Source of the DNA: Mesotaenium endlicherianum
Taxonomy: Eukaryota
Direction: 5' to 3'
NCBI GenBank assembly: GCA_009602735.1
Contig: WELA01001462.1
Coordinates: 181,539 to 236,874 of the forward strand
DNA length: 55,336 bases
The stretch's first letter is position 1; every line of letters begins with the position of its first letter. Below, in pieces: positions 36,578 to 47,561 of this stretch. The notes below the pieces were generated by a model. That model saw nothing but the letters and a program-made list of their open reading frames with translations, had not been told where the DNA came from and did not search any database. A program made the translations under genes and the position numbers.

Positions 36578-38013
36578 GGCTGGTCTTTTCTCTCGACCTT
36601 AGGCAGGTGCTTGACCGGACACTGTTCTCTGTAGTGGCCTTTCTGCTGACAATGGTAGCAAGTAGATTTTGCTGAGGCTGGTCTCGGCTTAGTCCTACCA
36701 CCACCCCTTCCATAGCCACCTCGAGAGGGACCACCTCTACCTCTAGACTGAATAGCATTGTACTCATACTCATATTCATCACCCTGATTATCCTCAGCCT
36801 GGTCTCCTTCAACTGCATTGTAGGAACCGTGGGGCTTTTTGACAATCTTAGACACCAAAGCGTTACTCTGGCGCTTGTGATTGAACTGCTGCTGATCCCA
36901 GGCGTCAGCATCCTGGATCAAGTCAGCCAGTTTCTCATACTTTTTCTCAGCAAAATGACCAGAGACCTCGGATTTCAAGCCATACCTGAAGTATGCTATC
37001 CTATACCGTTCTGGCAAATCAGGCTGCTTCATCATGTTCTCTTGGAACTTTTGAGCAAACTCAGCAACTGAAGTGGTCTGCTTCAGTGTCAGGGAGATCA
37101 TCGCATAGATAGCTTTCTCCTGCTGGTTGATGACATCAAACTTCTCATGCAACTTCTCGACAAACTCTACCCACGTAGGGTCACCGAGTTGCCGAGCCTT
37201 ACGCTCTTCCTTCCAGTAAAGCCACCAGTCTGCGGCACTGCCTTTCAGTAGCGCACCGGTGTGCCTGACCTTCTCGTAATCTTGCAGTTCTGGGTAGTTC
37301 TCCAGCCACTGCTCAACATCCGCGAGAAACTTGATCAGGTAATATTTTCTGTTTCCCTCAGGATCATAGTCCTGGGGAGGTTTCGGCTTGGGCTTACTAG
37401 GCCCTCGGCCACCACCACTAGTGGTGTGAGACCCCAGTTGGTCTCTGTCCCGGAGTAGGGACATTATGATTCTTTTGTCCTCCTGCTGGGACTGATACAT
37501 GGTCGCCATTTGCGACTGCATCTGAACGAACAATGCTCCCAAGTCTACACTCTGGGGTGGTAGATTAGCAAATGCAGCAGCAGCATTGGCATCTACTCGC
37601 TGAGTAGTGTCCTCAACAATCCCTCTCGCTCCTGCAGCAGCAATTCCTGCCGCATTCAGCCTGTCACGTATTTGACCTAGGGGTACGTTGAGTTGTACGG
37701 CAGGAGGTGGGTTCAGAACATTGGCCCTTGATGCCATAAGTTCTCCAACAGTGCGCTCGTCAGCTGGCTGTCCTTCCCTCCTTTCTGTATCTTCAGCGGC
37801 CTTTGCTAATTGTTCAGCTTCTAATCTGGCTCTCTCCTCCTCAGCTTGCTGTGCCGCTGCCTCATCTGCAGCCTCTCTAGCTGCAGTATCTGCCACTGCT
37901 TCAGAATAGGAAAGGGTTCTCGCTACATGGCTTTCCGCCTAGATTTCGACATTCTCGTTATCCTGGTTCTCCATGTCTCGGGAGTTTCTAGTTTGAGACC
38001 TTGTCCTTACCAT
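36553..38013 (-). pseudogene. gag: Copy B2 gag (one early stop; 447-aa open part 36553-37896)
   Basis: LKGSAADWW and CYHCQQKGHYREQC motifs; the ATG at 38013 is in frame, with a TAG before 37896. Confidence 0.92.
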
Positions 38014-38047
38014 ACAAAGAAGAATGTGATAACAGCTCCGATACCAC

Positions 38048-38767
38048 TGAAATGAATCGACTTACCAAATAGGCGATTAACAATTAATAAAGATCTTTAT
38101 ATCAGCAAGTAATCTTTATGGTAATTTCCGTTAACTGGTTAAACGGCAAAGGACAACACACTAGCAGTGAACAACACTCGTAAGTCAAATGCGAGTAAAC
38201 TAGCATCAATAATGCAATCAGTAAACTCATACATAAGCAAGGTTAGACGACAGTGCGTATCAATGGCTTCTCACCTTGGATTCAGATCTCTCTCAGTAAG
38301 CTGTACAAGAGAGTTGGCCTCGTTTTCGAATGCCGAACTCGAGAGCAATGCCTACCATATGTACATGGAATGAGGTTACTGTTCAACGGCCAGTGCGATG
38401 GCACCGCCTACCCGAGAGTTAACCACGTTGGTAGGACCTCGGTTAACCAAATCGACCGCCATCTCCCATCGTCCCGAATCGCCATCCATCATAGGGATGT
38501 CATCTGGCCATTCATCTAGCATACCACACTGAGATGCATATCGAGGCAGTTCGCTGCTATCGAGTACGGAAGTCAGCTGGCTGTCAAAGAATGTGTCAGC
38601 AAGCTGACTTAAGCTGACTCCAGCCAGCTGCTTCCGGCTGAGTCATTAAACTGATACTAAATATTAAGTCCAGCAGACTTATTATTAACTAGAGTTCAGC
38701 AGGCTGAACTTACTAAACTGTTATATTTAAATGAATATTATATCAACCAATATCCTGATTCATTTCA
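38048..38767 (-). repeat. Copy B2 5' LTR
   Basis: Shares diagnostic bases with 10930-11647 rather than with the B3 LTRs. Confidence 0.95.
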
Positions 38768-39947
38768 CGGCGCAGATCAGCATCGACGAAAGGGGTCCTA
38801 TTGAAGGGGGTACTCCTGGGTTTAACCTGAGCCCAAATTTGACCCAAAGAAGCTCTGACAAGGCCTACGAGTTTTGCGTCACTTTCACCTGAATATGACC
38901 CAAAAAAAGCTCAATGGGACCGCACTGAAAGTCGACTCGTCCGTCTCCTTCTACTAGTTACAGTGCGGTCCCATTGCACTGGGGATGGTTCCCCTGACGC
39001 CGTAGGCCTCGTTGGAGCTGCGTCAGCTAGTTTTGTCGAGCTACGTATTTCACCTTCATTCAGGTGAAAGTGCCCTAGGGTCGCTCAATAGGACCACATC
39101 CCTTCAAAGCCGGTACTTCCGGAACACGCCGACCATGGATGTTATTTAAAAATAGTGTTTTCGTGCTGCCGCGGGCAACAGCAAAAAACCAACGAAAGAA
39201 GTTGGACTCCTAAAGAACTACAGTTGCACGCCCATGCCAACAGCCACAAACTCGCCACAAAGGTAGATGGAGCAAGAATAGCCGCCTCCTCCTGCAATTT
39301 TGGCAGTCTTTTGAATTTTTTCACACGGCATTTCAAACCAAATTCTGGCCACTTCAGACATGTTCAAGAAAAACCACGAAGAAGTCTGCGCGGCTCGGGC
39401 GGCCCACATTCCACATTTCACATGCGTGGGGGTGTCGAGATCTGTATCGTGTGGCCAATGAGGAACATTCAGCGCGGACTGGGGATGCCCTCCAGTTTGG
39501 CGTCGAACGAAAACATGTCGACGCCAAACTGGTGCTCCAGAGTCTCCGGAGACACGGACATCCCCACAGGGAATAGTTGCACCTCGCTGGACATCGCTGG
39601 GGACAGAACACGACGTTCATCTGTTTTATTTACTTATGATTTAGTGATGATCAATTTTTTGACGCGCGAATACTCGGATTCATGGGTATCCCATGGACAA
39701 ATTTCAAATTGAAGATTTGACACATGAAGACATGTGTCAAATCTAGATTTGTGATGTACGAAAATGCATCGATATAATACTATTAGAATTCAATTTCTTG
39801 TAAAACTACCCGCCTCAAACCTCTCGAGAAGTCTAGAATTGATTCAGCAGAGCACTACTTATACCTTTCAGAATTCCTCACTTTTTCATTGCATGAAAAG
39901 CAACTAGTGCTAGTTAGATCTCCACCATCGAATGAATTTCTCCGCCC

Positions 39948-40993
39948 ATGAGCAATAAGCTCCTGCAGCAAGTTTACCAGCACATTCAGTCCTCCAATCA
40001 GACTGCCTCAGAGAAGTCGTTGCAGTCAGACATGGCTGAGAAATCTGAGGCCCAACTAGCTGCTATTGGGAACGATCCAAAGAGTAAGTCTGTGGCGTCA
40101 GACAGCAGTTCTCAGGTGGATTTTTTAACCTGTCAGACGCGCAAAAGGACGCAGTTATGCGTATGGCCCAAGAGAAGATATGGTCGGAGCTAGCTTCAGA
40201 CCAGCCTCCGGCTGCCTCCCAGTTGTTGGCGGCAAGGCTTATGCAACAGCAGACATCTGCACCTCAGTCTCTCGACATCAACGCGAAGCTGGACAAGTTG
40301 GTCACTGTTTTGAGTGCTCTGACAGAAGAGAAGGCGAGACAACCTCCAAAGAGGCAGCAGCCAGAGAGTAACTACAAGACGGAGCAATTGGCTCGAGAGG
40401 TGAAACGCATTAAAGAAGAGAAGGACATGGCAGGAATGAGCAAAATGTCCGAAGGCAACAAGGCACAGATCAAATACATTAATGACCTGGAGGAATCTAC
40501 ATTGCAAGCTCAAGCGGCATTAACTGAAGGAGATTATGAGACCACAGGTAAATTGCTGACATCAATCCTGACTGCAGTTGCTTTTAGGAAGAGATTGTTT
40601 TGGCTTGCTGAGGAGTACCAGTGGCCTGTTGTAAACGAGATTATTAAGAAATGTACAAAGAATGGGAAAAGCCCTGAGTTAGAAGATTTAGACTCACTAT
40701 GTCAGGAGAGAGCGGACAAGATTAAGGAGGAGAGTGCTAATGGAAACAAATCTCCAGCAAGGTACTCGAAAAGCTCAGGCTTCACTAGAGATGGTAGGCC
40801 AATTCACTGCTTTAACTGTGGACTTTATGGTCACTGCTCCCCAGACTGCCAGGCACCCAAAAAGTATGATGGTAGAATTGAAACTCGTGCAGCCCCTGTA
40901 AATCCTTATCCCAACCAACATACGATGCCACATTCCCCCATGAATCAAGACTTGATGCCTCCTCCTCAACACCATCAGCAATTCAGACAGTAG
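39948..40993 (+). pseudogene. gag: DIRS/PAT gag-like ORF1 (frameshift near 40150; CCHC knuckle)
   Basis: ORFs 39948-40193 and 40157-40993; CFNCGLYGHCSPDC. Confidence 0.82.
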
Positions 40994-41158
40994 TAGTACC
41001 AATAGCCCTCTTGACAGGCCAATGGGCCAGAATTGTAAAGAAATCTGATGTCAATTATAATAAGGTACAAGGTATCTCAGATGGATGAAATTGGCCACTG
41101 AGCCTCGATGCTGATGAGCAATGCGGTATGATGTGTAGGTCTTAATGACCAAAATAAT

Positions 41159-43009
41159 ATGGATGATGAAATGTTGAGAGAGCTGCTGTATGGGAAGCAA
41201 AATGCATCTGCAAGGAAAGCTACAGTGGAGCAAGGTTCCCTATTCATGGACTTTAGATTGAGAATCAGCGTAGGCTGGTGGCAATCATGGTGCCACAGCT
41301 CATATGTCTTATCAATTTTGAAATGGGCTTATCAATTGGATTAGAATAATGAGGGTGAAGCTGTTGAGTATGAAAGGAAGAATCATGGAGGAGTAAGAAA
41401 ATTTTCGGAATTTACAAAAGATGCTGTTACAGATCTGGTGAGCTCAGGAGCAGCTGAAAAATGGCAATTGCAGGGTAAGCCCAAAGTATCTCCCCCTTGA
41501 ACGTTGTTGAAGGAAAAAAGTTGAGACTGATTTTGGACTTGAGAATACTAAACAAGCATCTGAAGAATGTAGCCTTCAAGTATGAAGGTCTACAGAAACT
41601 ACCAGATGTATTGGAACCTGGCGATTTTTTCTTCTCCTTGGATTTAAAGACTGGATATCATCATATAAGGATGCATCCAGAATTTGTGAAATATTTGGGT
41701 TTCATGTACGAAGGACAGTATTATGTTTATACCAGTTTGCCTTTTGGCCTAGCATCCGCGCCTTATGTATTCACAAGAGTAGTGAAGGAACTAATTGGAT
41801 ACTGGAGGTGAGATGGAATTAAAGTCATTTCGTATCTAGATGACTGGTTGTTCTTATGTAGGAGTCCAAAAGAACATGCCAGTGTACAAAGAAAGGTGCT
41901 CCAAGACTGTGAGAAAGCAGGAATTTTGATTAATTTTGGAAAAGCTCAGTTGGGGTGCTCGAGGGTGCAACAATTCCTTGGGATTGTATTGGATTCTAGA
42001 TCTATGACTTGCTACATTGATGCAGTAAGGAAATAGAAGCTGATATTGAACATTGATAACCTATTGAAGAAAGCTCAGGAACAAGGGAGTGTGTGGGCGA
42101 AACAGCTGGCTTCAGTGGCAGGACAGATACTGTCTATAAAGATGGCCTTTGGTGAATATTCAGGTATGTTCACTAGGCAAATGTTTGCCTTATTGAGGAC
42201 AAAGAAGGACTGGGAAAGCAGGCTGGAACTAACAAGTCAGGTCATTGTTGAGATGAATTTTTGGAAAGAAAATTTTGAAAAGCCAATGGCTATCCTGTCA
42301 GACAATATGTCAACCCGGAGAACATTGTAGCAATATGGATGAAGGATCTCTATGATGGGTCAAAGAAATGCAGGATAAGGCATGAACAGGTGCAGCCTTA
42401 TGATGACCAGTTGCTAGAAGGTGAGCCTCCAGAGTGTGCTCTGGAGGATACAACCTTCTTGGAGTTTTATAGGATGTTTGCTGCTATAATTGTGGATAAG
42501 GAAGGTTTCAGAGACACTCACTTATTGATCAGAACAGTTGCAAAAAGAGTTGTGAAGCTGATCAGGCAGGGAGGAGCTGAGACAGAAGACTTGCAGCATA
42601 TTTGCATGATATTCTTCGAATGAATCAGGAAATACAAGATTACTCTTGATATTGAATGGATGCCCAGGAATAGGAATGTGCTACTGGAATGTATTGTGAA
42701 AGGTGTCAAGAAAGATGATTTTGGCCTAACAAGGAAGCCTTTTTGAGATTGGAAGCTAGGTATGGTCCACATACTGTGGACAGATTTGCAACTCCAGGCA
42801 ACAGGCAGGTACAAAGATTTAACTCTATCCTACCTTATCCAAGGAGTGAAGGTGTGAATACTTTCACTAAAGACTGGTCTGGTGAGAACAACTATGCATT
42901 CCCCCCACCCCAACTGATTCCTCAAGTAATTGTGCACATCAGACAGCAGGGAGCTATCTGTACGTTAGTTATGCCCATTTGGACATCGGCAAGCTGGTGG
43001 CCCAAATAG
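41159..43009 (+). pseudogene. pol: DIRS/PAT pol: RT, RNase H-like and Dam-like methyltransferase domains, with multiple stops
   Basis: KLRLILDLR, DLKTGYHH, LPFGLASAP, SYLDDW, IEWMPRNRN, VDRFA...NNYAFPP...PIWTSASWW. Confidence 0.9.
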
Positions 43010-43189
43010 CTGAGAGGATACACAGAGAGGAATTCAGAGCTGACTGGTGATAGAAGATGGATTCCTGAAATAGTGGGTGCATTGTATATAGGCTACAATT
43101 CAGAAGTGTTAGTAGAAGGCTCTGATGCATCTGCTTTTGGTCAGAAAGGCATTCCCCTCTGTGAGATGCATTGTGTAAGATTGATGGGT

Positions 43190-44244
43190 GAGCAGCCAGG
43201 ATAATAGCCAAGCATCCTGAGCTGCTGCAGCTCAGAAAGGATAGGTGGACAGCAGTATGCAGAAGCAGAGCTGCAGGAAGCATACAGACATACAGCAGCT
43301 ACTGGTATGACTTCCAGCAATTTTGCAAGAAATATAATTTTAGAGACTTGCCAGCAGACAATGAGGTGTGTGCTTTATACATGACAAAGCTCCTGAATGA
43401 TAAGATGTCATGGCAAAAGTTTTGTCTTACTAGTGCTGCCATATTCACTGTACATGACATGCTGAGTCTGCCCAGCCCTACTCAGTCATTAGCTGTGAAG
43501 ACCATAAGGGAGGTAGCTAATAGGGAACTACCCAGACCCAGTAATGTTAAACAGCCTCTGGCATTAGACAAGCTGGCTGATATACTAGCAATTTTTGCAA
43601 CTCCAGAAGCTAATAGAGCTATAATACAGGCAGCCACCCTAGTATTCATGTATTATGGATTTTTGAGATTATCAAAATTGAACAGCATCAGACTAGAAGA
43701 CATTAAGGTCAAAGGAGAAAACATAATTAAAACTGTGGAATTGCTAATTCCAAAATCTAAGACAGATCAGAGAGGCGTAGGCAGAGTGATCACTTTGCAT
43801 TGGTCAGCTACCACCTCATGCCCAGTAGAAATCTTCTGCAGGCTGCTATCTCAGATTGCAGATTATCCAGCTGAGGGACCTCTGATATAGACAGTAGACA
43901 ACAAAGGCAGATTAACTGGGAATGCCCCTACTTATGCAACTGTTAGAAATTGGTGCAGGAAAATGTTTAAAGCTGTAGGACTGGAAGTGAACAATTTTGG
44001 CACTCACTCACTAAGAAAAAGTGCTACTACAGCAGCTGCTAATCTGGGAGTTGCAGATAGGACGTTTAAAAGCATGGGAGGCTGGAGATGAGAGCAAGCC
44101 AAAGAGATGTATGTGCTTGAAATGGAAGAAAAAGTACAGGAGACATCCAAGACCATTGCCATCCCAAAGAAAGGGGAAGCAGCCCCTTACAGTCAGATGA
44201 AAATAGCAGAAGCTTTCCAAAGAAAGTACAGAGGCAAGAAGTAG
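43190..44244 (+). pseudogene. Tyrosine recombinase with two in-frame stops
   Basis: GFLR, SKTDQ, GTHSLR, MGGW and MY motifs in one frame. Confidence 0.9.
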
Positions 44245-46687
44245 TAAGGCAACTGCAGACAGCTAGATGTATAGTCTATTAAGATACCTGTTTGATAGAA
44301 TGTTAGCTACATGTTTTCTCTACCTGCCTGACTATTTGCCTACTTTCTGCCTGCCAATCTTTATACTGCACTACTTCCCTCATGTGTGCTATTTCCTCGC
44401 AGCACTATTCATTCTTTTCTTTATTCAATAATCAGCCTCATTTTCTATCTTATATTAGTATGAGATGCATGAATATATCACAAATTGAAGATTTGGCACA
44501 TGAAGACATGTGTCAAATCTAGATTTGTGATGCATGAAAATGCATCGATATAATACTGTTAGAATTCAATTTCATGTAAAACTACCCGCCTCAAACCTCT
44601 CGAGAAGTCTAGAATTGATTGAGCAGAGCACTACTTATACCTTTCAGAATTCCTCACTTTTTCATTGCACGAAAAGCAACTAGTGCTAGTTAGATCCCAA
44701 CCCACCCTCCCTTAGAAAGAGAAGAGTTAGAACCTATAGACAAGTGAATAAGAGCAATCAGAATAGAAGGCAAAGTTAACCATTAAGAAGCAGCATGAGA
44801 GCTAAATAGGTAGATAATATAAATATATAGATAAAATAGATAGATAAATCAGATAGTTAGAATCTAGTAATAGATAGATGAGGAGATTTAGCAAGCACTA
44901 TTCATTCTTTTCTCTATTCAATAATTAGCCTCATTTTCTATCTTATATTAGTATGAGATGCATGAATATATCACAAAATGCACGCTACACGCTCAAATGC
45001 ACAGTAGGCTCAAGAATTTGCTTCTGGGGACGATGGCCGAGACTAGGGACGACGATTTTGCGCAATGGGCACGCACTGTAATGTTTTTCCGGATGTGACC
45101 TATCCCGCCGCTAAAAAAGAGATACAAATCGCGACGCTGATAACAGGAGAATTTGACGGTCGATGGAATTGTAGGGACGAGTGCTCACTGTAAACCAAGA
45201 GTTCAAATTTGGTGACTTTTGCATTTGAATAGGTTTTTTTCCTATTGAGTTTCAGAATAGCGCCATAACGGAGAAGCGCGATGAGCGGAATAGGACATCG
45301 TCGCGAGTGCCCACTCTAAACTGGCCCTTAGCCTAGCTAGCTGCGCCCAGCTGCGTCCAGCTGCGCCGGTTTACGCCTACTTGTTATCTCTTCTGGAGAC
45401 TCTTGGCATTTAGGCCAATTTAGGCCCATCGTGCCCTCCGTCGGTTTCTTTTGTCAAGTCTGCCAGCGTTCTGTCCGGATTTGCTATGCTGACCTTCTGC
45501 TATCATGTGGAGCAATGTGGAGCATGCATAGAGTCGCGTGCGCCCCATTATCAATCATCTGTCAAGCTCTGCGATAAGTCCTGAAAGCATTATCTGAAAT
45601 AATTTGGCCAGATGATCTGTCGCTACTGGAAAAAAATAGAATCGTCTGCATCTGCTTATATTGGAAAATTTTGCAAGTTTCTAATTCGAGCCCTACTGTC
45701 CCCGTGGGTACCCGTGGCTCGAATGCTTCATGTATTGTTCATCCCTGGTTCATCCATGCCATGGACCACCATGGACACTGGACAGGCCACTGCATTCCCG
45801 TACACCAGGTGACACGAGGTATCTGAAAATTCTTGCAAGTTTGTATTGAGGCCGCCAGGAGCCGCCCTTATGTAGATAAGATTAGTCACACACGTGTATT
45901 CACTGTATGTACTGCTCTGTCCTGCTTGGTCCTGCTCATTCCTGCTCTAGGCAGTGAGCATGCGAAGATGTGCGAAGACGTCAGCTGATGCTGGCGTTGA
46001 GAAGTAGCCGCAGTCGCACCCAGTAGCACCTGTAAAATGTGTTGGATTCCCTGTGATGGCCTGTAACATTATGTGGGTAAGTCGGAAAGCTTTGAAAGCG
46101 CTCCGTGAGGAGTTAAGCTGGGTTGAAGTACTTTAAATAAATGTATAATACGTAAATAGGCCCAAGGTCCTAGTATTTCTGACCGTGCAACCGGAAGAGA
46201 CCGGAGGCCTCGATTTATCAGCCGACAGACTCAAAATTGATGGGGACGTCTTTAAGCCAGCCTTGTTTAGCACCTAAACTAAAGCTTAACCGGGCATGCG
46301 TCCGCTCTAACAGGGATCTCCGCTGGCTGTGTAGTCGTTCCTCCCCCCGAGCGCTTTCACTTTATTTGGCACTACCCGCAAATTTGGGGGTGGCAGAGTC
46401 TGTCACTCCGCAGCTGCTCTCTCGTGTCGTGTCGCTGTGCTTGTTAGCAACCAGGTTATTGACTTACTGTGAAAGGTTAGGAGGCGTTAATGCCAGTAGA
46501 GACTGCATCTCTTGCTGGTGGCTATTAGATTGGCGAAAAGGTTGTGGCGCGGGGTTGCCCTTCTCACTCACGCTGTGTCGCGTCCAATAAATAGGACCTC
46601 TTCTGTCGTTGTCAACTTTTCGAACTGTTCCTCAACTTTCTGCCAGTTCAGAGCAACATATTTGGTTGCATACGAGATCATTTTAAG

Positions 46688-47512
46688 ATGTCGCGGAGTA
46701 GTCTTGCATCAAGCTATGTCTGCGCACTGTGTATCGTGGTACACCTTGTGTCGGCAACAGCACAGGGTGAGAGCAACAGTACTAGTCATCACACCAGTAT
46801 ACTGTCTTTGTTTGGCCACCAAGATGGATCTTCGAATCAACGACTACATCTATTCTACGAGTACAGCGCTGAGGCTGCGAAGAGTGGTGTTCCACAGAAA
46901 TGGCCTGTAAGGAAGTCTATCCTTTAAAAGAAACTAGTCTTACTCAAGGCTTGTGTTCTATGAAGAGCAAATAAGGACGGCAGTGAGGGTGGACACGGCG
47001 TTTTCCGCAAGGGAGAAGAAGTTCTAGCAACGCTTGTACCAATGGAAATGATCATGCATGTCTGGCAATCTGTTACATGCTGGCTGTTCAGTGTCCTAGT
47101 CAACCTTGTCGCACCTGCAGCTCTGATGATCTGGCGCCACGCACTCGGTTGCAATGACATCAGTGGAGCAACAGATGAACCCTGTGCTGCAGCTTGCAGC
47201 ACAAGTAGAGCAAGCAAGCCAGCAATTTGGCAGCTACCATTTCTCAGTAACAAGCCGCATGTATGCGACATCTGTCTTGCAGCTGGAGCCGTTCGTTTTG
47301 TTCCCATAAAATTTGATTCTTATTCTGCCAAGTGGCCTTGTACGGAGCAGCAGCAGCAGAACAGCATCTCCCCTGTGAGCGTGTGCGGTGTTGTGGTGGC
47401 GGGACTGATGGCATACACGAGTCGCTTCACCTTGCCTGCTACACATCGCAGCCCGCCACGCGCGAGAATCTATCCGTAATGTTTTGCATTTCGTCGTCTG
47501 CCACCAAGGGAG

Positions 47513-47561
<49 letters not shown>

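Larger units (their letters stand above)
33750..38767 (-). mobile_element. 5' half of family B copy B2 (5' LTR 38048-38767, PBS 38035-38046, gag, PR-RT-RH, integrase N-part)
   Basis: Colinear with B3 until an abrupt break after TALETARQ at 33750; LTR followed by CGGCG. Confidence 0.94.
39705..44977 (+). mobile_element. PAT-like DIRS (tyrosine recombinase) retrotransposon with split direct repeats A1...B1-A2...B2, degenerate
   Basis: A1 39705-39920 matches A2 44481-44696, and B1 44401-44484 matches B2 44894-44977. Domain order is gag, RT, RH, methyltransferase-like, YR. Confidence 0.93.
38768..45330 (+). mobile_element. Other arm of the PIF/Harbinger-like element (TIR 45308-45327, TSD TTA), interrupted by the DIRS/PAT element
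   Basis: TIR as above. CAATGGGACC/CAATAGGACC/CCTATT-type motifs recur in both arms (about 12112, 38794, 38912, 39085, 45241). Confidence 0.78.
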
